Source: Lenisia limosa
Taxonomy: Eukaryota > Protista > Breviatea
NCBI GenBank assembly: GCA_001655205.1
Contig: LPNZ01009306.1
Location: 1 to 64,000 of the forward strand
Direction: 5' to 3'
Length of the DNA: 64,000 nt
Positions 10,560-23,018 of the stretch are shown in pieces; the stretch's first letter is position 1, and each line of letters begins with the position of its first letter. The notes below the pieces were generated by a model. That model was not told the origin of the DNA, searched no databases, and was given only the letters and a program-made list of their open reading frames with translations. Both the position numbers and the translations under genes were made by a program.

Positions 10560-13500
10560 TTGTGCATGAGGAGTCCCGAAAACCCTCAACCTCACACAAA
10601 CACACAAACCCTCCAGGGGTTATATACAAACAATATACAACATAAAAACTACAAACAAAAACAGCAAGACGCTTCATTGCCTCACGGGCTTCACGTTGAC
10701 TCCGTACTGCTTTTGATTTTTCCTTCCTTCCTCCTCCCTCTTATCGTCGTCACCATAATAGTAGAAAGAAATCTTCTTCTTCTCCTTCAGCTCGTCGTCG
10801 TCGTTCTCTTTCTTCTCTTTCTTCATCCATATACTCTCTCTTCTCCTCCTGTCTTCTTTTCCATTCCTCTTCTTTTCACTACCACTTCTCTCAGCGGCTT
10901 CTTCTCAACTGCAGCCTTCTTCCATCTTCTTCTCATTTCTTTCTACACATTAACTTCCTCATTGCTTCTTCACCTTGCTTGTCAATATGCGGAAAACTTC
11001 TCCTGTCCCTTCTATGCCTACTTCATTCATCTTCTTTCTTACTTCCTTCATCCATTCATTATCTTCTTTCATCATATCTTCTGCTACTTCTTCTGCGCGT
11101 CCTCCGTTCTTCTTCAGTCTTCTTATCAGCCTCACCTTCTTCAACAGTGTCCTCATATCTTCATCCATTCTTTTCGTCTCCATCCTTATCGCTTCTTCTG
11201 GTATACTTCTTCCTAATCTCAAAACTCTTCTTCATATCCTCATCTCACTCTTTTCTGCCTCCTTACTTTTCCTCTTCATCATCTCCCAACCGTATTCCCT
11301 TCCATCAATCATACATACCGCAAACAACTTTCTTCTCCATTCACTAACTCCTTCTTTTTCCATTGCTGTAAGCTCCTTCTGTATCCTTCCTTCTGTCATC
11401 TTCCATTTCTTCTTCATGTGTGCTTCTTTTCTCTTTGCGAATATCAGGGTGTCATCAGTGTACTTCAGTGTTACAAATCTTTCTTCTTCCTCCTCGTTTT
11501 CCTCATCCTCTCCTCTTATCTCTTCCTCCAAGTCGTCCGTGTAAATATTGAATAGTCGTGGCGATATCACTCCCCCTTGTCTTACTCCTCTTCTTACTCT
11601 TATCCAGTCCTTAGCGTCTTTCACTCCTGCATAGCTTCCTCTTATCCACACTTCTACTCTTCTCTTCAATCTTCCTTCTACTTCTCTTTTCTTCAATCTT
11701 CACACTAACTCGTCATGGTCCACATGGTCATATGCCTTGGATATGTCGACTGACATAACCTTAACCTCTTCTCCTCTTCTTCTCTTTCGTCTTATCTCTT
11801 CCTTCATACATGCCACTGCCATTATCGTATCCCTTCCTGGAACAAACCCAAATTGGTCGTCCCCTCCTTCCTTACCTATCTTCTCTCTCAGCTTCTTCTC
11901 CAGAATCTTCTCATAAATCTTTCCTCCTGTCGTTCCTCCTCCTATCATCCTCCAATTTCTTCCTTCAGGCCTTTTCCCTTTTCCTTTGAAAATCGGGGTC
12001 ATCCTACACTTCTTCCATTCTTCAGGCATCTCTTCTTCTCCTGACATCATAAGAATGGAAGAAGTGACAGGAGCCATTAGAAAGCTGAATAAAAGAAAAG
12101 TAGCCTGCCTAAAAACCCGACACAACAGAAGAACACAAGAGGACGAAGAAATGCCTGAAGAAAATCAAGAGGAGGATGATGACGAAAGTGAAGAGGAGGA
12201 GGAAGAAGGAGAAGAAAGAGAGATCAATTCGAAAAAAACCGGTGGAATATCGATTGTTTTCGGGGATTTATCGAGAGAAATTCAGTCTTTTTTCAAACCA
12301 AAGTGAAGCCCTAGGTATAACCAAGTTACACAGCACACAGCGTATTGATATTTTCAGAAATAAATATTGTTTGTCAAACTCTGAGTGACCCCCCCCCCCT
12401 CTTTGTTCTCCATTTCTTCTCCGTACAGTTCCCTCATCATCTTCTTGAACACTTCATACGGCTTCATCTCTACCTTTTCATGGATCATCACATCCGGCCA
12501 CTTCTTGTTCTCCTTTTCTTCCATGCTTCCTTCGGGTCTGCCTCCTCCTTGTCTTCTCCCAGCATATTCTTCTGTCTTCTTCTAATTCATCCTTTCTCCT
12601 TCTTCTCATTTTGTTCAATAGGTCTAAGCACTCTTCCCTATTATCCTTGCTTCTTTCTCTTCCTTTCTTTTTCGTCCTTTCTCTCCTTTACCTCCTCCAT
12701 TCTGTTAGAAACTCCTTGTCTTCTTTCTTATTGGCCATTTTTCTTTCTTTCATCTTCTTCCTTGCTTCGGCCTTTCCTTCAGCTATCATGTCCTTTATTG
12801 TCCTTTGATCCATTCCTCTTCTACACATGATGTGTTCTTTTCTTATTTCTCCTTCTCTCCTTCTCTCAGTCTTATGTCATCTCTTCTTTCTTTTTCGCAC
12901 TTCTTTCTTACCTTCGCTTTTTCTTCCACATTTCCCTTTTCTGCTACTTCTTTGAGTATCTTCATTCTTTCTTCCTTTCTTCTTTGAATTGCTGCATCTC
13001 CCTTCTTCCATGCTTCTTCATTCTTCTCCATCCTTTTCTTTGCCTTCTTATATCTTTCTTTACAACCTTCCTCATCTTTTCTGACATCTTCTTCCTTCTC
13101 ATCCAGCTTTTGTATCAGTTCCTTAACTGACTCTTGCATTTCGTGGATCTTTCCTTCGAATTGTTCCTGGACCTCTTTCACATTTTCATTATCATTACCA
13201 TACACGTCTTCCTTTATCTTCTCCATTTCTTTCTTCATCTCCTTCATCACTTGCCTTCCTCTTTCTTTCTCTATTATCAGCTCGGTTGGGTCTTTTCTTC
13301 TCCTCTCATCTACTTGCTTCTTCTCTTTTCTTATCTCTGCTTGATTCTCTGCATTTTTCTGTGTCTTCTTCTGTCTAGTGATGATTGACTCCATTTCTTT
13401 CATTTCTTCCTTCATCTTCTCTCTTTCTTCTTGCAACATTGACACAATGGATCTTAATTCCCTTGATGCTTCCTCTTCTTCTGAATCTCCTCTGCATTTT

Positions 13501-13760
13501 TTCTCTTATTGTGTTTATCTCCCCTTTTACTTCATCATATACTTCCCTTTTTCTCTCATAAACTTCCTCATTATATTATCTTCTTTCTTCATTTTCATCA
13601 ACCTCTCTCTCTCCCTCTTCTTCTTCATCATCTCCTACTGTGTGCTTCCTCCTTCTCTTACCTTCTGGGGTTCTTTTCTCCTGTGATGACGGCGCTGTCT
13701 CGTTGGTCTTTTTTCCTATCGTGAGGTTGAGTCGGGTGGTCGTCCTTGTCGCCACCATTA
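10560..13760 (-). mobile_element. Decayed non-LTR (LINE-type) retrotransposon: coiled-coil ORF followed by reverse transcriptase; internally inverted, deleted and interrupted by stops
   Basis: RT motifs PEEWKK..TPIFKGKG, QFGFVPGRDT, DISKAYDHV, GVRQGGVISPRLFN, YTDD (11451-11462); intronless; strongly purine-rich minus strand unlike flanking genes; upstream Glu/Lys/Arg coiled-coil ORF 12843-13760 with TAA and frameshifts. Ends approximate, no TSD found. Confidence 0.9.
10950..12045 (-). pseudogene. Reverse transcriptase reading frame of the LINE, interrupted by three in-frame TGA codons
   Basis: ORFs 11700-12125, 11232-11696 and 10959-11222 are one frame separated only by TGA at 11700, 11232 and 10959; TAA follows at 10950. 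Confidence 0.85.
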
Positions 13761-14446
13761 TGACAAGACAATTTATTACAAGGCAAAAGAGTCACTTGAA
13801 TGCTTGAATGCTTACTAGAAGGAAGGGGAAGAGGATGAGGGAACGTCGAAATACCAACACTATACATACACAACTGGAAAGAGGAACAATCTGATCAGTG
13901 CAGTCCTGCATCAAAAATTCGCCAAACAATTTATATTTATAGGTAGGGATGACACCAATCAGTGACTTCATCAAGCTTCTATATCACATATTCCTGTGTT
14001 GCTATAAACGGTTTTTCTTTATTTTTTACCAAATAAATAGATTCAACCACAGGAACCGGACAATAAAGCACAGACCTTCACTTACCATTTCGGATGGTTT
14101 TTCAGATTTCCAAATTTTGTAAACACATTTGCCTTATGGTGGGGGAGGTGGCAAAATTTCTTCAATACACTAATAAAGTTTTAAAGCAACAGTTTTATGA
14201 CTGATACGGTTGTTTTGAGGGAAAAGAACACAATCAGACTTGCCTTTTACAGCACACGGCTCAGTCCTCCCTTTTTATTGGGAAATCCAGCTTTTTAGTG
14301 ACTGTTTAAATATATATATTACCTAGTGTTACGTTATCAAAGCAGTTTCCTGCTAATTAACTTTTATTGTAGTTGAATTTATCCCCAACTCGTCCCCATC
14401 CAGCTTTCCTACTCCCCTTTCCCACTTAAAGCCTTTCTAACAAGGC

Positions 14447-16640
14447 ATGAGTGAATCCCCCGCCTTTGAAGAAGGATCCCTATGGATCCTGGGCGCTGTC
14501 ATTGCTTTCATTGGAAATGTGATTATCAATCTTGGAACGAATTTAATGAAGCTTGCGCACATTAAAGTAGCTTCAATGAATCGGCCTATCCCTGCAACAC
14601 GTCATCCGTTATGGATTGGAGGTTAGTTGGATATATTTGCAGTGTGTTCTTTGTTTCCAAAAAATGGTTGTCCAAATTCGGAATTTCGGCTGGTTACCAC
14701 TATAAATGCATATTCAACTGGTTGATAGGAAGATGGCGATAGAATTTAGGGTGTAATTTGAAGATATTTGAGAATATATTTGCTTCATAAGTTTTATACA
14801 AAAGACTTTATTTTCATTATTTTTCGTGTTTCCAAAATTGTACCTGTCACATGACAGATGGGTATTAGGATGGTTCTTCTGTAATACATCGCAGGTCTCA
14901 CTCTCTTCGCGATTGGCAACGTTGGAAACTTTATAGCTCTCAGTTTAGCAGCCCAAAGTCTCCTAGCAGCAATGGGTTCAATTCAGTTTGTCAGGTGCGT
15001 GGGTACCATCGTACCATGGGTCAATGTCAAAATTTTCAAGGATTGTTTTTGGCATCCTCCCCCTTCTTTTCCCGTTTTCTCGCTTTTATTATTTTTTCTT
15101 CTTTATGTAGCAAATAAAAATTTCAATATTTTTCATTGATATTCCATTATTTTGTCATGATAAATACATTCGCGTTTTCTGCTTTTGTCACTGTTCAGTA
15201 ATGCGATATTCGGACATCTTCTCCTTGGTGAGACCATTTCATGGAAAGGCATCTATGCCACCATCAGCATTATCATCGCCAATGTCTTTCTCATTTTCTT
15301 CTCTCCCCACAGCACAAAAGGTTTGCTGTCAGATTATTTTCCAACAATTTTATTTCAACATTACATCTTTATTGACTGATTAGAATACACCGCGGATCAA
15401 CTTGTTGAGCTGTACTATGAGACGCCTTACATTGTTTTCCTTGCTATTGAAGCTGTTGTTGGCCTCTCTGTGTTACTCTTCTACTATTTCAACTTCTCGT
15501 CTATCCCTCTTTCGAGGTGAGTCTCGTGACACGCATGACATATGTTGCGACTTCCAAAATGTAATTGCTTATAGTTTTAGGTCATCTTCGGCTCAGTTGA
15601 AGGAGGCTTCCTGGAGAAGCAAGTTACTTCCTCTTTGCTACGCGTTGCTCTCGGCTATTGTTGGAACTCACTCTGTCATGTTTGCCAAGTCAATGTGCGC
15701 GGCTTGATTATTGCTGTGTACTTTTACTAAAATTGTGGCCTTAATGACAACTGTAGTTCATCGCTCCTGCGTGTAACTTCTGATGGTGACAACCAGTTTA
15801 CCGAAGAGTACACTTACATCGTCATCGTCGTCTGGGCAATGACAATGTTTTTTTGGGTAGGCTGGGAAAAATATTCCGCTTTGGCTTGGATGCTACATGG
15901 GCTTTTATTTTTCCTTTTGTCAGTTACTGACTGTGTAGATGAGACGGCTGAACATTGGGCTGGCTCGATTCGAAGCCGTCGTCATTGTTCCGATTCTTCA
16001 GATTGTCTGGGTCACTCTTTCTGTTGTTGAAGGTGAGTGTCGTCTAATTGTTGCTGCTAAAAGTTAAGTTGAGAGTCTGACATTTCAGGAACCATTTACT
16101 TTGAAGAGTATCTCCAAATGCGCACTATTGACTACCTTGGATTTTCCATTGCGTTCTTGGTAATGATTGTCAGCATGTACTTCCTGGCACCTGAGAAGAA
16201 AAGTGAGTGGTTCTTCAAAATCCAAACATTTCCCTCACGCACTCTAACCATCCAGAAGAACGGCCTGATGCTTTCGACGACATTGAGCCGCACGGCATCA
16301 CTCTGGGTGAGCCCACCACACCCATCCCACAGACCGTCCCCGCTGTTGGACAGCTGGTCCCGACAATCTTCAATCACAGTCCATCTCCTGCTATCGACTT
16401 GGAAGCCGGAAACAACCACACAAAAAGTAAGCTAGTCACGCCATCCTGTTCCTCCCAAGAGCGCCCTCTAACTGAATAGTGCCGCCGCCGCCGCTGCCAT
16501 ACCCCTCGCAGCTCTATGAACTTCCGGAGTCTCTGACCACTATCGGCGAGAAGGTGCCTCGGAGCCTGTCAATGGGGGAACTCAGCTCGTCATCCTGCAG
16601 CAGTGTTGGGAGTGACACCAATCTCTTGAAGAAGTCATAG
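14447..16640 (+). CDS. NIPA-family (DMT superfamily) magnesium transporter
   Basis: WILGAVIAFIGNVIINLGTNLMKLAH...GNVGNFIALSLAAQSLLAAMGSIQFVS...LLPLCYALLSAIVGTHSVMFAKS; multiple TM segments, GT-AG introns. Confidence 0.88.
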
Positions 16641-16832
16641 AACCTGCCTCTTGACCCAATTCTACGGCTGAATGCTAAGCCGATGCACGTCCTAACCTGT
16701 GGATGGCTTGTTTTTGGAGTGCAAACTGTTTCTGCTATGTTGTGATAGCTATTTCTTCTGTATCATTTATCAATGTAATCTTACCGTGTTATTTTGTGAG
16801 GATCCTGTGGAAGATAGAAGAAACATATTAAA

Positions 16833-19800
16833 TTAAGAAACAAGATTATAAGGCTCCTCAAGGAAGTTACGCTGAGTAATTGGGCAGATCGACTTTTCTT
16901 TGAAGCAACTGAAATGAACAACCTGACCACTACAAACGTTAAGAAACACGCACAAGGACAAGGCCTACTTGGGGAATCGTGCAATGACCATATCACCAAG
17001 ACGCTTGCCACAATGCGCACAAGTCCTCGCACTGTCAACATAGGTGCCAGCACTTCGCGCTGCGTGGTACTGTTCACTCACCTGAGTCGTCAAAAAAAAA
17101 TACAAGACTAAAGATAGCTGTGTTACACATGAGGATTATTAGACTAAAGATAGCTGTGTTACACAGTCCGCAAACCATTCGGTGTTCAGCTCGAGCTAGC
17201 GATGCCAGCACTGAGCCTTCTCTTTGGCGGAATAGTGTATCGGAAATACTCTAAATCATAAGGGGGGTACAACGCAATGTGCCCACCTTTTGAAGGAATC
17301 CTTTGATGGAAGATATAGACCAATCTTGTGGTAACCATTGCATGACCTACACAATGAGAGACGAACTAACACAACCTGTACAAACCTTGTCAACATCCAT
17401 GTCAGTTCCATATGTTTCGAGGAGCCAATGGATGCGGTCATCAGGCCGGCCGTCGGGAGAGTGAAGCAATGTGTCCAAGAGAGCAAGCAAGCGGATGGAC
17501 TGTTTGTTACACTGCCGACTTGCAAAAAACTCAACGATCGAAATGTATACAATAGGAGGAACCATATACGAGCATGTACGAGCTTATGATATCATGATGC
17601 TTACTTTGGTGTTTGGAAGAGCGGGGTCAATTTCGCCAGCAACACGACGGTGGTTGGTGCAGTAAACCTCAGCCAGTTGTGGATCATCCAGCTTGTGTAC
17701 GATCACACTGCAAGGTCAGATACATGTAAGGAGCTAAACTGCAGTTGGAATAAAAAGGTTTCCTTGTATTTTCGGATAACTCACGTGAGAGCATTTCCAT
17801 GGTGACCAGCCTTGGCTTCGGCAACCGCCCATTCCTCCATCAGAACAGATTCTCGGAGGCGAGATAGCACTGCGTTCACATCATAGTCACGTGACACTCG
17901 GAGGAATGACAGCAGCTTAGAAGTTAACCGGTAAATACTTGAGTTCGTCAACAGAATATCTTGGATTATGATGAACATTGTCGAAAAATTAACTCATATT
18001 GTAAAAGAAACGAAACAATATCGTTTTGCCAGTAGCCAAATTGGCTGCATACTTTCTTCCTGACTTCACCCAAGATTCCAGCCTCCTCTCCAGCCTGGGC
18101 TCTGTTCGGGCCTGTTTGACGGTTCGGATTTTCCTTCACATCCATTGGCTGTGAAGGTAACAAAAGCGTCCAAATTTACAGCGAGAGCTACCACAGGTCT
18201 GCGTTAAAAATGTCCACAGAGTGCAGAGACAAAGGTACATCCATTCCAACCTTGAGAGTGAGAGCAGTGTCCAGATAGTGCATCGCCAGCTGGGTGTGGA
18301 GGATAGGGTCTCGAACTCCACCCATTCTAACAACTACCCATTCAAGATACTCAATTTCAGCTGAACGGCTCCCAACACGATGAAGGAACTGACAAAAGGT
18401 GAAAGCGTTTTACAACACCATTGTTACTGTATTTTACATAACTATACTCGCACTGGCAACAGACAATAGCACCAACGCCTCTCACATCAAGGGCCTTGTT
18501 GTGGTCAAGAGGAGTCGTCCGCTCAGTGAAGATAGTGAGCGCCTTCTGAGGCTGCGGACCGAACACCCATCCTCTGTGTTGTTATACCATACGTTGAGTA
18601 TCTGTTCCAAGTCGTGAACATCATGATGCAAGGGGTATAATACACTGTATTAGGACACTACAAATTATTGAGAAATTAATGTGGAAAATTAAAGTTGCCA
18701 CTTTTATTCAAATTATGTCAATTTCTTCAAAAAAAAAATAATACACAAACCAAATTTGTATCAGTTCAAGAGATAAAAACAAAAAACGAATATTTCAATA
18801 ATAAAAAGCCAATCGAGTATGCGAGTACATCATCTCTTTATTAGGAACTTATTCTGCCACTAAATTATGTTTAGATTGGTTGCACGAGAAAGTCAGCAAA
18901 AGACCTACGCGAAAGCGAGGACAAGGTCAATTTGAGGAGTGGTCTTGAGGAAGGCAATGGTCTCTTCTGATCCATCACAAACATGGCCGCCAACTGTTGG
19001 TCCCTTATCCTTCAACTGTGGAGGGTAAGAATAATAATCGGTTTACGCATAGCATCGCATGAGAAAAGAAGGATATATGCTATCATATAGTATATTTGAA
19101 GGTGCTGATACCTCAGTGTGGTCAATTATATCACAAACCTGGCCCTGGCCCAATTTGCGCCAGATTTCCAATGCTGGACGTGGTCGCCCTGCAGACTGAA
19201 ACGTCAGATTCGTGTAGACGGAAATGCAAGGCACAAGGGAAGTTGAAGTGAGTAAGGTTACAGCCCCTCAAACCAAAAGCAGAAGTGCGTAAGCATTATG
19301 CCGCTCCATGTCAATAAGAAGCTCCTTGAGATCCTCAACATCGACTCGAGGGGGCTGTAATGTTAAATCAACACAAAGCAGAAGAGTATTTGTTTGGACC
19401 TACCGCATTTCCCTCTTGAAGCGCATTGAGTAAATGGTCCAATTGGGGTGATCTAAGATGGCAATAGGCTTTTGCAAGAGCAGTGTCGATGGCATGGCCT
19501 TCGTCATATTCAACCTGTTGAATGAGATTTTACAAATCAAATCAACGTTATAGCGACCGCTGTTTGTAGTTATCATGAAACGAAAACTAAAAGCCAGAAA
19601 TGATCAAGGCACAAACCTTGGATCGACGGTCTTCAAGGTAGACCACTAAATGCCTAGACCAGTGAATATTGCCAACTTCATTCTCAACAAAAGTTGTATG
19701 CTTTAAAAATAAATTTATCACTCCAAACAGAACACAAACTTCAAAACTAATTTGGATAAGCACCCACTCTAAAGCTGAGGTCAGTTCTCGAGATGCCATT

Positions 19801-22120
19801 TTGGAGTTTGGGTGCTTCAATGCTATCATATCACTGATTGTCTAAATCGAAGGTAAGAAGTATAAATCTCACAATAAAAGGCACGAAGCTTACGGAGTCT
19901 AGGGGATTGGAAGGCTCAAAGGTGGAAAGGGAGGGGAGGAACCCTGGAAACATGGAAATAAGTTCGCGCGCGTCCATTGAGGTGCCCGCTACAATCCGTA
20001 AGTACACTCTTTTGTTGTCATTTGTTTTATCTACCAGAACAGTTATTTAGTGTCACTCGACCTTATTGACCTCCCTCACCTCTGCAGAAGAGCGGAATCG
20101 CCCTGTCAAAAGCTAAATCGGACCAAAGAGCATAGCCGGCTGATGCGCAAAGTTCAGCCTCTCCTTGAGCCTGGTCCATCAATAAGAAGGGGACGGATGA
20201 TAGCCATCACATACATAATTGGGATCTCGGCTGTGGGTTGCTTTGTAAAGGTCAAACGCTTCGGCAATTTGTTTGCGGTTAATCAGCTCGTTCAACTTGA
20301 GAGTTAAAAAAGAAGCAAAATTTTGCTCTTTCCTCCATGATACAGACCTGAACAGCCACTGCTACTGGTTCCAGGACGGAAATGCCATTTGCCTGCGAGA
20401 CAAAGACATTGGCTGCGGAATCGTTCCCAGTCTGACTGTATACGCGTGACTGGGCAAGAGAAACTCCCTAAATAGTGAGCCGCTTCGTAGACTTTTCACG
20501 CAGTGACATTCTTGATAGAACCAGTTGTTTACCTTGGCAAAACGGATTCTCTGAACTATCTTATGTTCGACTTCACTGTAAACTTCGATACTACTTTGGT
20601 GCAGAGCCACGGCGTGGGGATAGGTGTAGCCTGGAAGGGTGACCTCATTACAAACACCAAACTATGCTGTAACAAGAGTCATATCGCCACCCTCACTAAT
20701 TGAAAGCGGATGTGAGGACCACGTGATCGGTTTTGACGTGTCCTTAGTACCTACATGATCCACAAATCGACACACTGGTTCCTGTGGATAGTTAATACCG
20801 TATTCGCACAAAAGCAGGAGCTCAGACACAAGACTTACATGAGTCATTTTGACAAGGAATGCGGCTTTTTGACCGGGACGGACAATGACGTTGGTCATGG
20901 GTCGACCTCCCTTTTTATCATATTTCTCGTTGGTGCAAATGTCTGAAAAGGTAAGAAAAATAGAAGGATTTACACCAATACACCAAACAAACAAAAAAAT
21001 AACAGTTGTAAATAGGGTAGCCGTCAAATATATATTAGATAAGTTTTCCCGTGGAAGGAGTCTCGCCAGAGACCACTCGAATATATCATCATATACATAA
21101 TGGGTTATGGGTAAGGGGGTACAATATATATGATATGATATAATATATCCTAGCTATATCATATCATATAATATATATATGATACTATTTATTTATCGAT
21201 ATATATATATGAATATATACTACATACATATTCCTTTTGTTAGTTGCTGAAATCCAAGATTTGATAAAATATCCTCTTCTGGTTGATTCATATGAGGAAG
21301 CCACCAATTAGTAATATTTTTTTGGTCTTTTTTGTTTTTTTAAACAGTTTTTTTTATATTAGACGACCTATTATATATCGATATACGTACTCACCAGTGA
21401 TTGCCCCGGAGCTGGGGTCAAGAAGATTGTACTCTCTTTTGAAAGCTAAACAAAGAGCCTGTCCACACCATGATGCGTCGAGACAGGTATCAGGAATCAC
21501 AAACTCCTTCAGAAGTGAGAATCCAGAAAGAAAGAAAAAAGAAGCAACATACCTTCACCGTCTTGAGTCCTTGCTTAGCAGTGGCCAAAATGAGCTTCTT
21601 CTTTTGTGTGATCAAGAAATGAGACGACCCATGCGCACGATCTGGAGCAAGCATGTTACAACCCTTCAGCTGGGCGCCTCCAGAAGGCTCTTCAAGAGAG
21701 ATGGCATTGAGAAGACGAACAACTCCATCTGAAGCAATCAGCTTAATTGACAAGGGCTTACCTGCCAAAGTGGCCACTGAGTTTCTTGTCAGAATACATA
21801 CGGAATCGATTTTCTTGGAAGAGACCTGCTTCTGCTTTTCAAGCCTGGTTCGATACTTGGTCTGAATGTCAAATCAAAGAGGGAAACAAGGAACAAACCT
21901 GGTGGTCATCCGTTTCAACTTTTTGATAAGAATAGTGCAATAAATAGCCTTCAGCAGTTCCAAGATAGAGATGTCCAGCTTAAAGAATGAAAAATGAAAC
22001 GTAGAATCCTTAATTGTCTTGTCCTATAAGATTAAACATACCAATAACGTCTAAACACTCGACTTTCTTATCCAGATTCTCCAAAACTGGGATCAAGTCA
22101 AACGTTCCTCGTTGGGTCAT
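16833..22120 (-). CDS. Vps39/Vam6/TGFBRAP1-like HOPS/CORVET subunit (CNH domain, clathrin-like repeat, C-terminal Zn finger)
   Basis: N-terminus MTQRGTFDLIPVLENLDKKVECLDVIAGHLYLGTAEG; CNH segments LIASDGVVRLL, KGCNMLA, QKKKLIL; C-terminus CAHCGKRLGDMVIARFPNGQVVHFSCF...CPIT (Vps39_2-type). Vps39 versus Vps3/TGFBRAP1 not resolved. Confidence 0.88.
17105..17165. repeat. 25-nt direct repeat (agactaaagatagctgtgttacaca x2) inside an intron
   Basis: Two identical copies starting near 17105 and 17141. Confidence 0.9.
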
Positions 22121-23018
22121 CCTTTTTACTGCCTTGCAAAAGCTTTAAATATTCACAAAACACTCTATTTTACCCATTCATGATGACTTTTTCGCTGGAT
22201 TTTGTGGGTAGGTTTCCAGGCACTCCCTTTAAAGTTGGACCAGTGTTTTTATATCAGATAGGTTGGCGGGGGGAAAACTCAAAAACGCAAAAACCTTGTC
22301 TACACTTCGACACTTCAACTAGTTCAACAGGTTGGGGGGGGGGGTGAAGTACTCCTCCCTCCTCCAGTCCTTGGTAAATTGGTAAAAAAAATAATGGTTC
22401 ACAGTTCACATTCACATTCACCACCACAACCACAAAGTGTTCAAAATCAAAACGCACAAACTATTGTCTTGAGATTCTCTTGTTGCTTCTTTCTGGTAGT
22501 GTGCAAGTGTAGGGACTTGTTTCTTGTTTACCCTAACGGATGATGGATAAGCGTCTTGCAGTCTTCTTGTTTTTTTTAAAAAAAAAACTGTAAAACTGTG
22601 TCCATTTGTCATTATTACTTCAAACCAACTAAACAACAACAAAAAAAAACAATCCCCAAAAATACCCTTGGGAAATANNNNNNNNNNNNNNNNNNNNNNN
22701 NNNNNNNNNNNNNNNNNNNNNNNNNNNNNNNNNNNNNNNNNNNNNNNNNNNNNNNNNNNNNNNNNNNNNNNNNNNNNNNNNNNNNNNNNNNNNNCCAACC
22801 AGTGGCAATTAAACGAGCTAATTGTAATTGAATTGTAAAGCTCACTAGGTGGCATGGAACCAACATTGCGTATCATTTTTGTAAAATCCACAAGTTTCCA
22901 ACTTGGATGAAATGCACAAAAGAATGGAAGAAATGCATTGGCTAAGATCAGCCTGAAAATGAAAGTGCGAAAAGGGCACCTTTGCCCCAAAAAAAAAAAG
23001 AAGCCAAACACCATATCA

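Noticed and set aside
10950-11702. Genome-wide UGA=Trp code
   Set aside because: Host genes end in TGA at the conserved C-terminus (LRRC40 at 60058) and show no in-frame TGA once spliced; any recoding would be limited to the element.
10560-13724. Many long + strand ORFs rich in Ser/Leu/Phe
   Set aside because: Antisense shadows of the purine-rich retroelement; the pyrimidine-rich strand simply lacks stops.
13790-14160. Possible small spliced minus-strand gene next to the retroelement (gtaagt donor near 14087)
   Set aside because: No consistent open frame or homology could be assembled.
21030-21095. Possible C/D snoRNA in the long Vps39 intron (ATGATGA plus a small hairpin, minus strand)
   Set aside because: No CTGA D box at the expected place and no recognisable rRNA guide.
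22254-23000. 207-aa ORF across the N gap between RRP7 and Vps39
   Set aside because: Inflated by Ns; no motif; could be UTR or unresolved extra RRP7 exons.
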